Assembly (NCBI GenBank): GCA_964450385.1
Contig: CAYVEC010000002.1
Location: 65,262-129,261 of the forward strand
Reading direction: 5' to 3'
Source of the DNA: an uncultured Planctomycetales bacterium
GTDB lineage: Bacteria > Omnitrophota > Gorgyraeia > Zapsychrales > JANLHA01
Length of the DNA: 64,000 nucleotides
Shown here: positions 9,835-19,519 of the stretch, piece after piece
How the letters are laid out: each line of letters opens with the position of its first letter
Numbering within the stretch: the stretch's first letter is position 1
Notes under the pieces: generated by a model
Told to the model about the DNA's origin: nothing
What the model saw: the letters and a program-made list of their open reading frames with translations, nothing else
Databases searched by the model: none
Position numbers and translations under genes: made by a program

Positions 9835-10377
9835 TCACGCCTTCGGAACTATGAAATTCCGGCTGATCTTCAAAACACAACGCACCGTTCGGGAATGTCC
9901 CGGCCCGCGCTCCATGGATATCTCATCGATAAAAAACCCGTCCGGCCGTGATTCCAGGCCATAGACAAAACGCATCACCGAGAAAAAATCATGGCCGGCA
10001 ATAACATGAACGGAAAATTTTTCTGACACGGCGTCGCGCGAAACAGTTTGCGGCTTCACCTCAATGATCGTGACCCCGGACTCCGCGGCCGTTTTCTCAA
10101 TGACCGCGATCATCCCGGACATCTCCTGTTCCTCAGGCTCCCGTCGAGTCAGACGCTGTGCCTCCTCTTGAAAATCCTTTTCATATCCAGCATAATCACT
10201 CACCCGCGCCGCGATCCCCGCAGCCTGTTCTTCGAGCCGGGCCGCCTCGCGTGCCAAACGCTCCGCATAACCATTTAAAGGGGCATAGATCCATTGCCGT
10301 GCCACAAACACCCCGAGGGTCATAAGCCCGACGAGCAACAATGCCTGTTCCCGCTGATTCATCACCCGCCTTATCAT
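9835..10377 (-). CDS. GspM/PilO-like inner-membrane assembly protein
   Basis: Single N-terminal TM, coiled-coil, then a periplasmic domain. It follows the GspL-like gene. Confidence 0.5.
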   Translation of the reverse strand: MIRRVMNQREQALLLVGLMTLGVFVARQWIYAPLNGYAERLAREAARLEEQAAGIAARVSDYAGYEKDFQEEAQRLTRREPEEQEMSGMIAVIEKTAAESGVTIIEVKPQTVSRDAVSEKFSVHVIAGHDFFSVMRFVYGLESRPDGFFIDEISMERGPGHSRTVRCVLKISRNFIVPKA

Positions 10378-11780
10378 AGTCCCTCCCCATTCCGAACCGC
10401 TCGAAGGGTCATCCGGAATTCAGAGAGTTCCCGGTTGAGGCGTTTTCGGCGGTTCGCATACCGAAGCTGGACATCTCTGAACGCCGGGTGCCGAAGGAGC
10501 CCCTCCTGAAATCCGCGGACCTGATTCGGGACCGGCGTGTCGGCCTGAATGACCACCTCACGATCGGCGTTGATCCGAACAAGCTGACAGGTCACATCCG
10601 CTGGCGTCAAAGAGACCAATCCTGCTATGACCTCGCTGACCGAGGGTTTCAGATACTGCGACGCAAAAAAAGCCATCACCTGCTGGTCACGTTCCAGCGC
10701 CTTAACCCGCGGCGCCATCGCGCTCATCCGTCGCTCGGCATCTTCAATCCGGCGCTGATAAACCGCCACGCGGGCACTCAAAAAAACGATAAGCATCAGG
10801 ACCGCTCCTCCAGCGGCAATAAGCAGCCTTCGGAGATCCCGCTGAAACCCCACGTGCCGGTGTCCGGCGATCTCCGCCGCGGGCAGAAGATTCATCGTGT
10901 CGCCGGCCCGCAAACCGAGAGCCCCAACCAACGCGGCGACGGATGACGTCTGAGCCATCTTAATAAACTCTTCGCGGACCGCCTTGGGTCCAGGATGGAA
11001 CGCCCCCTCAACTTCCTCGCGCCGAATCGGCCCGTTGATCACCGATGACAACGCCGGCTCGACACGGCTGAAGGTCTCCGAGTCCGCGATGACCGAACAT
11101 TCCGACGGAATATACTCTTTATGGCCATGAAGGAACAGACGCAGGGTGCGGACCGCTTCCTCTGCCCATAACGACGCGTCCCCGTCACGGACCTGTTCAC
11201 GGCCGCCAATAAGATGTTTTGAAAAAAGAACCTGAACTCCCCGACAAAAACATATCTCACTATGGCGTCGATCAATGTTAACGATGATCCGAAAGACCTC
11301 AGGCGCCGCGGGAGGACAGGCGGCCACGGCACTGATCCCACTCACAAAGATCCCTGAAGGCACAAGAGCATGCCGCCGCAGGGCATCGAGATACTGCTCC
11401 ATGGCCTCCTCACCCGAAAGGGCCACGACAACATCGGCATTCCCCTCAGCGAACCTCTGACACGTCTGATAGCCAAACACGACCGAATCGGACCCGAAGA
11501 CATCGATGACCGGCGCCTGACACGCAACCATCCGACGGATCTCCGCCTCATCAATCGACGGCAAAAGAAGCCGTTTCAAGACCGTCTCGCGCCGCGAGAC
11601 GATCACCAGGACCTCACCGCCCTGGGCCACCCGTGCCAGTCCGAGCGACCCAACATCGACCGCAGTGTCGGCCGTCCGAGGCACCTCCCGTAGGAGAACG
11701 CACTCGCCCCTTCGGACAGCCAGGGCGCGAACCGCGTAGTCCGTAAATTCAATGACGATTTTTTTATCGTGGATGATCAC
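10374..11780 (-). CDS. GspL-like protein (PilM-like actin-fold cytoplasmic domain fused to TM plus PilN-like periplasmic domain)
   Basis: 468 aa. The N-terminal ~300 aa is PilM/GspL-cyto-like. An internal TM (LLIAAGGAVLMLIVFL) is followed by a coiled-coil and a PilN-like domain. Confidence 0.55.
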   Translation of the reverse strand: MIIHDKKIVIEFTDYAVRALAVRRGECVLLREVPRTADTAVDVGSLGLARVAQGGEVLVIVSRRETVLKRLLLPSIDEAEIRRMVACQAPVIDVFGSDSVVFGYQTCQRFAEGNADVVVALSGEEAMEQYLDALRRHALVPSGIFVSGISAVAACPPAAPEVFRIIVNIDRRHSEICFCRGVQVLFSKHLIGGREQVRDGDASLWAEEAVRTLRLFLHGHKEYIPSECSVIADSETFSRVEPALSSVINGPIRREEVEGAFHPGPKAVREEFIKMAQTSSVAALVGALGLRAGDTMNLLPAAEIAGHRHVGFQRDLRRLLIAAGGAVLMLIVFLSARVAVYQRRIEDAERRMSAMAPRVKALERDQQVMAFFASQYLKPSVSEVIAGLVSLTPADVTCQLVRINADREVVIQADTPVPNQVRGFQEGLLRHPAFRDVQLRYANRRKRLNRELSEFRMTLRAVRNGEGL

Positions 11781-12861
11781 CTGTCAACCGTCCCTGCACC
11801 CATGACACGACCTCCAATGACTCCCGATCGATCACGACCCTGACCTGGGTCGATACCTGGGCCGGATCCCCATAACCAACGATCTCTGCCCGGATAAACC
11901 GCGATACCGGAGTATGCACGGCAGATACCGCCGCGGCCAGGACCCGTTCCCTGGCATTCAGAATAAGCTCTTCCCATCGGATTTCCTGATCGTCCCCGGT
12001 TCCCTCCCGGCCATCCGGTCCCCGACGATATACGACGATCTTCTGGACCAACGAACGCGCATCCCCCTCGTCCGCGCGCGTCGCCCCGCCAGTAAACGTT
12101 CGGAACACCGCCCCGAGGACCTGTTCCGAGGCCGTATTAAAATTCAGCCGCAATCGGCCGGATCGCGGAAAAACCGTGACATACGGCCGGAGATCCACCA
12201 GCATCTCCGGGGAGACCCCCTTCACAAGCGACAGCTCAGCAAAACTTTCAAACGGCCCGTTCTTTGGTCCGTATGAACGATCACTATAGAAATCAGCCTC
12301 CTGCCCGGGCATCGCCTCAGCCCGGTCATGATCGCGATCCGTCCAATCCAGGATACTGGCCGCCGCGAGCCGCGCCTCTTCCAGAGTATATCCCAATCCC
12401 ATGATGAGCTCAATCAAAACCGAAATATTCTGGACCGTCACCGCGTTTAGATTGATCCGGCTTTCCTCGTCGGAAAAACCATACTGAGGCCCCTGCTCAG
12501 GCGCTCCCTCACCATCGCGAACGACATCAAAGCGCCCAAAGGGTAAGGCGACCTGACGAAAGGCCTGCTGTGGGCCCTCTCCGGGATGAAAAACCACCCC
12601 GAGCTGATACCGCGTGTCGATCCCCCGTCCCTCTTCCGAGACCGAGTCTTCATAGATCCGTCGGATCGCATAGGCAAGGGCCGAATAGCAGGCATGCCGC
12701 GAGCGCATCCGTCCCAGTTGATAACGGGCACCGGCGAGCTGAGCCCGTGTGCCCCGCGACATCCCAAGGCTCAGGACCGTTAGGATGACGAGCGCCCAGA
12801 CCGCAATAAATAATATGACCCCTGACCGATTCGTCAAGGCCATGACCCTGGACCTTCTCAT
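11764..12861 (-). CDS. gspK: Type II secretion minor pseudopilin GspK
   Basis: 365 aa with an N-terminal hydrophobic segment, a GspK-like size and a position after GspJ. Confidence 0.6.
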   Translation of the reverse strand: MRRSRVMALTNRSGVILFIAVWALVILTVLSLGMSRGTRAQLAGARYQLGRMRSRHACYSALAYAIRRIYEDSVSEEGRGIDTRYQLGVVFHPGEGPQQAFRQVALPFGRFDVVRDGEGAPEQGPQYGFSDEESRINLNAVTVQNISVLIELIMGLGYTLEEARLAAASILDWTDRDHDRAEAMPGQEADFYSDRSYGPKNGPFESFAELSLVKGVSPEMLVDLRPYVTVFPRSGRLRLNFNTASEQVLGAVFRTFTGGATRADEGDARSLVQKIVVYRRGPDGREGTGDDQEIRWEELILNARERVLAAAVSAVHTPVSRFIRAEIVGYGDPAQVSTQVRVVIDRESLEVVSWVQGRLTGDHPR

Positions 12862-13568
12862 GGAGAACCCTCATCTAGCACCGTCATGATCTGTCCCTGC
12901 GGGATCACCAGCCGCCGCGACAGTCCGCCTGAGGCGTCCTCTCCGGCGAGCCTGACATGGACCCGTATCTCTCGTGGCGGAACAGCGGCCTTCCACACCG
13001 AGAGCCAGACCGTTTCCTCTGTCCCCTCGGCGCCGCTCAAATATAAAAACTCGAACCGAACCCCCCCATCAGCCAATCCGATGGCCATGACCTGATCACG
13101 TCCCGACCGACCGGCTTCCCGGGCCGCCTCATCATGAGCAAACGACCGTTGCTGACGGACCACGACCCAGCCGGAACCGGCCGCCTCCTTCATGCCCCAT
13201 CCCTCCTTGATCCGGTCCGCCCAGAACACCATCCCGACGACCTCTCGCCACGGCCCCGCGTAATAACAGACGCGTTGGAGCCCGTCGGGGAGCCCCGTGA
13301 TAAAACACATCTCCCTATCCGTCGCCTCAAAGGCCGTGACACGCCCGCTCTCATCCGAATAAGGAACGGCATTCTCAACATCCTGGAGAAGGCGCTCAAC
13401 CATCTCATACCGCTGCCGATCCCCACGGCGAAAATCGCGGGCCCGGCGCGACACCATCAATGATGTCGCGATCGTCGCATACGCGCTCACGGCCAAAGCC
13501 CCGACGACCGCGCAGACGACCAAGAGTTCAACCAAGGAAAATCCGGAACGCGAGCGAAATCTATTCAT
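12858..13568 (-). CDS. gspJ: Type II secretion minor pseudopilin GspJ
   Basis: Prepilin signal SGFSLVELLVV (G-1, F+1, E+5). Confidence 0.65.
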   Translation of the reverse strand: MNRFRSRSGFSLVELLVVCAVVGALAVSAYATIATSLMVSRRARDFRRGDRQRYEMVERLLQDVENAVPYSDESGRVTAFEATDREMCFITGLPDGLQRVCYYAGPWREVVGMVFWADRIKEGWGMKEAAGSGWVVVRQQRSFAHDEAAREAGRSGRDQVMAIGLADGGVRFEFLYLSGAEGTEETVWLSVWKAAVPPREIRVHVRLAGEDASGGLSRRLVIPQGQIMTVLDEGSP

Positions 13569-13974
13569 CCGCCCCCTCCGCCTGGATTAACACCGCGATC
13601 GATGTCGCCAATTCTCTTGCCCCTTCGCCCTCACCCCACCGGACACGAAGAACGGCCTGGGACACGCCCTCGTGACGCGGCCCTTCGGTCCACTCGCCCG
13701 CGCCCTCGTCGATCGATGTCATAAGCCCTGTCCCCTCGTCGATAGCCTCCCCCCAGGGGACACGCTCGCGATACCGGGCACGAAGGACATCAGCAACGCG
13801 ATTATGAAGAGCGGTCATCGCGCTCAGATAGGCCTCAGCCCGCGACTGTGTCGAGGCGCTCTGCACGATCGCCTGTACCATGGTCACCAGCCCCACGGAC
13901 AGAATAACGATCGCGAGGACCACCTCGACTAAAAGCCATCCCTCTTTTTTAAGTCCCTTGCCTCGGCGTATCAT
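13561..13974 (-). CDS. gspI: Type II secretion minor pseudopilin GspI (start chosen at internal Met MIRRGKG)
   Basis: Prepilin-like KKEGWLLVEVVLAIVIL (G-1, E+5) and a small ~137 aa size. Confidence 0.55.
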   Translation of the reverse strand: MIRRGKGLKKEGWLLVEVVLAIVILSVGLVTMVQAIVQSASTQSRAEAYLSAMTALHNRVADVLRARYRERVPWGEAIDEGTGLMTSIDEGAGEWTEGPRHEGVSQAVLRVRWGEGEGARELATSIAVLIQAEGADE

Positions 13975-14510
13975 TCGGCACACCCTTCCAAAATCACAGC
14001 CCGCCCCCAGAGCGCCCGTGTCGTGACCTGAAGACACTCATCCCCCTCGCACAGGCACGCATCCCCGCCGCCCAATGTCCCGTCCCCGTCGATAAGCCAC
14101 CCCTGACCCAAAACACGGACCTCAATAGGGTCGGGAATGTCCAAAAAATCAGCTCGAGAGCGCGTGCGGTGACGCACGCTCTGGCCGGTCCCCTCTGCCG
14201 TGCCGTCATCTCCGCCGGCATCAATAATAAAGCGTCGGCTCGCGGCATCGAAGAGAACCTCCCTCGGGGCCCCGGCGACCGCGGCCTTCACATGGGCGAG
14301 GTCAAGCAGGGCAACGAGGTCTTCTGCCGTGCGTTCCCGCCGGGCCTTCTCAAACGAGCCTCGAAACGACGGAACGGCCAGAGCCGCAATCACCAGAAGA
14401 AGTGCAACGGCCATGACAAGCTCGACATATGTCATGGCCGATTGATGAACCCGGAACGATCCCTTACGAAGACCGCTCATCGACGGAAACCTACTCTTCA
14501 TGACCAGCAA
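13971..14510 (-). CDS. gspH: Type II secretion minor pseudopilin GspH-like
   Basis: Hydrophobic N-terminal helix with MTYVELVMAVALLL (E at +5). Position -1 is Ala rather than Gly. Confidence 0.5.
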   Translation of the reverse strand: MLVMKSRFPSMSGLRKGSFRVHQSAMTYVELVMAVALLLVIAALAVPSFRGSFEKARRERTAEDLVALLDLAHVKAAVAGAPREVLFDAASRRFIIDAGGDDGTAEGTGQSVRHRTRSRADFLDIPDPIEVRVLGQGWLIDGDGTLGGGDACLCEGDECLQVTTRALWGRAVILEGCAE

Positions 14511-14511
14511 G

Positions 14512-14943
14512 CTATTCCTCCTTGACCCAATTCGTCACATCATCATCACTCTCAATGCCGTCAGGACCTAATGAAAAAAGATCATACCCCTCTGCATTCT
14601 GGGTCCCCGGATACCGATACCCATAGGCATTCCCCCAGGGGTCGTGCGGGATGACCTTCTTTTTCAGATACGGTCCGCGCCAATTATTCACAAGCGGCGG
14701 GACCTCCGGGGCCCGGATCAGGGCCGCGAGCCCCTGCTCCGTCGTGGGATATCGCCCGTTATCCAGCTCATAAAGGTCCAGGGCGGCCATCAGGTTCGCC
14801 TCAATATCGACCCGCGCCGCGGAGTGCCTGGCCTGCTCCCCCCTCCCGGCAATGTTCGGGACCACCATGGCCGCGATAACCCCAATGATCATCACCACCA
14901 ATAATATCTCAACCAGCGTAAATCCCCGTCGTTCTGAACGCAT
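14512..14943 (-). CDS. gspG: Type II secretion major pseudopilin GspG
   Basis: RRGFTLVEILLVVMIIGVIAAMVVPN plus a C-terminal GspG body (DPWGNAY..., SLGPDG). Confidence 0.9.
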   Translation of the reverse strand: MRSERRGFTLVEILLVVMIIGVIAAMVVPNIAGRGEQARHSAARVDIEANLMAALDLYELDNGRYPTTEQGLAALIRAPEVPPLVNNWRGPYLKKKVIPHDPWGNAYGYRYPGTQNAEGYDLFSLGPDGIESDDDVTNWVKEE

Positions 14944-14960
14944 TCTCGCCTCCTACTCAA

Positions 14961-16175
14961 TTATTGGACCATCATGTTCATCCGAAAGACCGGCAAGACC
15001 AGGGCCAGGACAATGAATCCGACGGCGAGCCCCAACCCGAGGATCAAGGCCGGTTCGAGTAATGTGCTCACCAGACGGGTCACCGCATCGAGCTGCCGCT
15101 TATAAAAATCTGCGAGTTTTTCAAACCCCCTCGCCAATTCCCCTGACTCTTCCCCAAGTGTCACAAAATCAACCACAAGGTCAAAAAAGAACCGTCCTTT
15201 TTTCAGCGCCGCGCTCAACCGCTCTCCGTCTCGAACATCTTCGATCACCTGCTGCATATCGTCCTGGGCCGTCCGCCAGCCCGTCGATCCTGCGGTGGCC
15301 TGAAGGGCCGCGATCACATCAACCCCGCCTGACAACAGGGCCCCGAGCATCCGGCTCCAGCGCTCAAACACCGCGCTCTTCAACAGCCTGCCGATGACTG
15401 GCAAACCGAGGACCGCGCCCTCCCAATAGAGCCGATGACGGCCATGACGCCACACGGCGCGGCCATAAAAACCGGCCGCGATCACCAGAAGCGCCCCGAC
15501 CCACCACAACCGAGAACAGAGATCGCTCACTGACATCAAGATAACGGTCGGCCAGGGAAGCGATTGCCCGATATCATCGAAAAGACCAGCCATCCGAGGG
15601 ATCACCCAGACAAGAAGGACCGACATCGTCGCGATCCCGACAACGATGATAAAGGCCGGATACAACAGGCTCATCATCACCTGCTGCCGAAGCCGATGCC
15701 GCGCCTCGAGCACATCGGCGAGACGCGCCATCATAGCCCCAAGCTGACCGCTCATCTCACCGACCCGCGCCATCTGGACCATCTCTTCAGAAAAAACATC
15801 ACGGTGCTGTTCCATGGCGGCTGAGACCGACGCCCCATCACGAACAGCCGCGGCCATCTCGGTCAAAAGGGCCTCGACCCCAGGATGCCGCGTCTGGGTC
15901 TGAAGGGCGGCCAAGGCCGCAGCTACCGGAAGCCCATGGTCCAAAAGATCGCTCCAGTGACGGATCAACATGACGGTGTCCCCCTCTGAAACACGCGGAC
16001 CCCGCGCCCCACGACGCCTCTCCCTGCGCGCCGAAGGCTGAACGCCGACGACCTCTAAAGGGACCATCCCCTGACCGTTCAACTGCCGGATCGCGCCTGC
16101 GGCGCTCTCCGCACTGATCTCGCCTCGAACGATCTTGTGCGGCCCCTGTTTCGCTGTATAAGAAAAAGTAAGCAC
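14961..16175 (-). CDS. gspF: Type II secretion inner-membrane platform protein GspF
   Basis: 404 aa. The N-terminus is MLTFSYTAKQG... The protein has two repeated T2SSF domains with three TM segments. Confidence 0.85.
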   Translation of the reverse strand: MLTFSYTAKQGPHKIVRGEISAESAAGAIRQLNGQGMVPLEVVGVQPSARRERRRGARGPRVSEGDTVMLIRHWSDLLDHGLPVAAALAALQTQTRHPGVEALLTEMAAAVRDGASVSAAMEQHRDVFSEEMVQMARVGEMSGQLGAMMARLADVLEARHRLRQQVMMSLLYPAFIIVVGIATMSVLLVWVIPRMAGLFDDIGQSLPWPTVILMSVSDLCSRLWWVGALLVIAAGFYGRAVWRHGRHRLYWEGAVLGLPVIGRLLKSAVFERWSRMLGALLSGGVDVIAALQATAGSTGWRTAQDDMQQVIEDVRDGERLSAALKKGRFFFDLVVDFVTLGEESGELARGFEKLADFYKRQLDAVTRLVSTLLEPALILGLGLAVGFIVLALVLPVFRMNMMVQ

Positions 16176-16197
16176 CCCCCCTCCCGTCGATCACCGG

Positions 16198-17901
16198 CTA
16201 AGCCGTCTCCTCCCTCGTCACCCTCAGAACCTCATCGATCGTTGTGATGCCCCGCTGAACCTTGTCCCAGCCGTCCTCCGCCATCGTGGTCATCCCCTTA
16301 GCCGCGGCAAGGGAACGGATCTGCTCAACTGAGGCCTTCCGCACGATCATCTCCTTCATTTCCTCATTAAGGACAAGAAATTCATAGATCCCCTCCCGTC
16401 CATAAAACCCCGTCTCGCCACACGCGGCACAGCCCTGCCCCCGATACACGGTCACCGATCCCGGATCAATATCCAGACCCAACCCCGCGACAAGGGCCGG
16501 ATCAGCGGGGATCGCAGTCTTGCACCCGGGGCAGATCCGTCGGACAAGCCGCTGGGCGATAAAGCAGTGAACAGAGTTCGCGACCATATAGGGCTCCACC
16601 CCCATATCGATCAACCGGGCGATCCCGCTCACCGCGTCATTCGTATGCAGCGTCGAGAAGACCAGATGCCCGGTCATCGCGATCTGGATCGCGATCTCGG
16701 CGGTCTCATGGTCCCGGACCTCCCCGACCATCATCACATCGGGATCGTGGCGCAGCATGGACCTCAGCCCCGAGGCAAAGGTGAAATTCAAGATGGGATT
16801 GATCTGAAGCTGAACGACGCCGGGAAGCTGATATTCGATCGGGTCTTCGATGGTAATAATCTTGCGCTGGGCATGATTGATCCGGGCGAGGCATGAATAC
16901 AGCGTCGTGGTCTTGCCGCTCCCGGTCGGACCGGTCACAAAAATGATCCCGTAGGGACGACGGACAAGCCGATCGAGCACGGCGAGGTTCGTTGGAGAAA
17001 GCCCGAGCTCAGAAAAATCATAGAGTTTGTTCGAACTAAGGATGCGGATCACAACGCTCTCGCCATACGACGTCGGGAGAAACGAGACCCGAAGATCAAG
17101 ATCGACCTCACCGGCCTTGACCTGGAACCGGCCGTCCTGGGGCCGGCGCTTTTCAGCGATATTCAGATTGGACAGGATCTTGATGCGCGAATTGATCGCC
17201 TCGCGGAAGAACCAGATATTCGACGGCGTATGGACATCAACGAGAACTCCATCGATCCGGTAGCGGATCTTGAGCTGCTGCTCATAAGGTTCAATATGAA
17301 TATCGGTCGCGCGCTTCAGATGCGCCTCGCGCAAGAGCTGATTGATGAATTTGGCGATCGACGCCTCGGATTCGATCTCGGTCAAATTATCAACCTCGGG
17401 TCCAACGGCCGCCGGCTCGTCCCCGCGTTGCCCCATCATCGCATCGATCGTCTCAGCCCCAATCCCGTAATATTTTCCAATGGCCTTGGCCAAGTCCTTA
17501 GCCCCGGCGAGGACCATCTTGATGCGCCCGGGCCATGCCGTTTCAAGGACATCGATCATCTGAAGGTCGCCGGGATGATGGGCCGCAACCGTCAGGGTCT
17601 CGCCCTCGCAGGCAATAGGCAGAACATTCCATTGGGTTGCGTATTTCGCGGGGATCTTATTTAAGACTTCAGGATTCAGAACGAGGTCCGAGACATCAAC
17701 ATAATCATATCCGAGCTGACCGGCGAGGATAGGCAGAAAAAGCTGCTCCTCTTCAAGGAAGCCGAGCCGGAGTAAAACGACTCCGAGAAGTTCACCCGAG
17801 CGTTTCTGTTCATCAAGGGCTTGGACCAGCTGTTGTTCAGTAATCAGTCCATGATCGATCAACAGAGCGCCCAGAGGCATTGAATGTTCTAAATTCTCCA
17901 T
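16198..17901 (-). CDS. gspE: Type II secretion ATPase GspE
   Basis: Walker A GPTGSGKTT and a tetracysteine CPGC...CAAC zinc motif. The N1 domain reads LLIDHGLITEQQL. Confidence 0.9.
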   Translation of the reverse strand: MENLEHSMPLGALLIDHGLITEQQLVQALDEQKRSGELLGVVLLRLGFLEEEQLFLPILAGQLGYDYVDVSDLVLNPEVLNKIPAKYATQWNVLPIACEGETLTVAAHHPGDLQMIDVLETAWPGRIKMVLAGAKDLAKAIGKYYGIGAETIDAMMGQRGDEPAAVGPEVDNLTEIESEASIAKFINQLLREAHLKRATDIHIEPYEQQLKIRYRIDGVLVDVHTPSNIWFFREAINSRIKILSNLNIAEKRRPQDGRFQVKAGEVDLDLRVSFLPTSYGESVVIRILSSNKLYDFSELGLSPTNLAVLDRLVRRPYGIIFVTGPTGSGKTTTLYSCLARINHAQRKIITIEDPIEYQLPGVVQLQINPILNFTFASGLRSMLRHDPDVMMVGEVRDHETAEIAIQIAMTGHLVFSTLHTNDAVSGIARLIDMGVEPYMVANSVHCFIAQRLVRRICPGCKTAIPADPALVAGLGLDIDPGSVTVYRGQGCAACGETGFYGREGIYEFLVLNEEMKEMIVRKASVEQIRSLAAAKGMTTMAEDGWDKVQRGITTIDEVLRVTREETA

Positions 17902-17951
17902 GATCCATCATCCGCTCGGGCATCGACCGATGAAATCGCACCTGTCATGAA

Positions 17952-19466
17952 TTATGACGATGTGTCCAATTTCCAAAAAATCACATATTCCGTATTAACG
18001 ACCCGCAGCTTGTCCATGCGAAAGGCCCCGCCAAGGACCGGCAGGTCCCCCAGGACCGGCACCTTCAAGGTCCGGGCCACCGACTCGGTCTTTATGAGCC
18101 CGCCGAGGACCACATAGGATCCGGCCTCGAATTGGACCTGGAACTTCTTTCCAGGATCGATGATGCCGCCAAGGCCCTTATCCGATTCTCCCATCCAAAA
18201 AAGCCGTGGATACACCGCGAATTGGATCATCTCATCCGGTAAAAATGACGCAGCCATCTCCGCCTGTATTTTAAACCCATCGGGATCGAGCATGACATCC
18301 TTGTCTTTGACCAGAAGGGGCGAAAATGGGCTCGTCGTGTCAATCACCGCGACCCGCTGCTCTTCTGCGGTCAGCGGGATCGACCAGGTCGAGAGGTCCT
18401 CGACAAAGCCAACCGCGTCCAAGGCCTCAAGGAGTACCTTGAAGTCCTCTTCATTTAAGATCCCAATCTTGAAAATCAACCCCGGCGGTTCCGAAGCACA
18501 CTCGGCGCACTCGAACTGTTGATATTGACTGATGATCGCGGCCCAATCAACACCGTTCGCGTACTCTTCGTTAAGCCGGATCCGCACGACCCTCACCTTA
18601 ACGGTGAGCTCAACCTTACGATCAGCCTCACGGATCGCCGCAGCGATCTTTTCAAGGGCCGCGGCCGAGTCCGTGACCGAAATGGAATTCTTAGCTGAAT
18701 TGACCTCAAGACGACCGACATCCTTCGTCAAGAACTTAGCCGCCAGGGACTGGACCTTTTCCGCGCGGGCGAACTGAAGGACAAAATCCTGGGTCACAGC
18801 CTCAACATCGCGATCCGTGACCGCGCGCGCGATCGTTTCAACCGCCGCGGGGGTATCAACGATAATGACCTGCCGATTTTTATCATCCATAAAAATCAAG
18901 CCCCCCTCGTTCGACAACGGGCGGACCATCGGTTCGATCATCGACGGCGACTGGTATCGAAGGCTGATCACCCGGACGGCGCGCTCAGGCTTAAAGGCCT
19001 TGCCATAACGATCAGCATACGCCTGACGAGGCATAACAATCGCCATCCCGTCTTCGATTTCGTAGGCCAGATCATATCTGAGGGCCGCGATATCGAAAAG
19101 GTCTTCAACAGAGACGTCCTTTACGGCGAGGCCGATGGCCGGCTCAATCCGAGCCGTCTCAGCGACGATGATCGTCCATCCCGTCATCCGAGCCATCTCA
19201 TCAAACAGCCCGCCAACTGTTTTCGCCTGAAGATCAACCGCGGGGAAACGCTCGCCGAGTGCCCGAGGCTGAGCAACGGGGAAGGCCGCGGGCGCGTCAT
19301 TCGTTGAGACAGCGGGCCCGCCTTCATAGGCATTCAGCATCCGCTCGATATCAACGCGACGCTCATCCTGGGCCCGTGCCCCTGAAGCCGATAAAAACAC
19401 GGCCACAACCGTTGTCACAATATAAAAATGAATACGCAACCATGTTTCCTTTCGCTCATACATCAT
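17952..19466 (-). CDS. gspD: Type II secretion secretin GspD (start chosen at MMYERKET; the ORF extends to 19556)
   Basis: Signal peptide and a C-terminal secretin domain (VLGGLIKTESVARTLKVPVLGDLPVLGGAFR). Confidence 0.85.
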   Translation of the reverse strand: MMYERKETWLRIHFYIVTTVVAVFLSASGARAQDERRVDIERMLNAYEGGPAVSTNDAPAAFPVAQPRALGERFPAVDLQAKTVGGLFDEMARMTGWTIIVAETARIEPAIGLAVKDVSVEDLFDIAALRYDLAYEIEDGMAIVMPRQAYADRYGKAFKPERAVRVISLRYQSPSMIEPMVRPLSNEGGLIFMDDKNRQVIIVDTPAAVETIARAVTDRDVEAVTQDFVLQFARAEKVQSLAAKFLTKDVGRLEVNSAKNSISVTDSAAALEKIAAAIREADRKVELTVKVRVVRIRLNEEYANGVDWAAIISQYQQFECAECASEPPGLIFKIGILNEEDFKVLLEALDAVGFVEDLSTWSIPLTAEEQRVAVIDTTSPFSPLLVKDKDVMLDPDGFKIQAEMAASFLPDEMIQFAVYPRLFWMGESDKGLGGIIDPGKKFQVQFEAGSYVVLGGLIKTESVARTLKVPVLGDLPVLGGAFRMDKLRVVNTEYVIFWKLDTSS

Positions 19467-19519
19467 TATTGCTAATCTATTATAAACGAAATTTCTAATA
19501 GTTATAATACAAGTATTTT

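Noticed and set aside
7272-11780. Interpreting the PilM/N/O/P-like genes plus second secretin as an independent type IVa pilus operon (pilMNOPQ)
   Set aside because: They are contiguous and co-oriented with gspD-K, with overlapping junctions. The PilM-like and PilN-like parts are fused as in GspL. No pilin, PilB/PilT or PilC paralogues accompany them. Treated as T2SS GspL/M/C-equivalents plus an extra secretin, but an independent system cannot be excluded.
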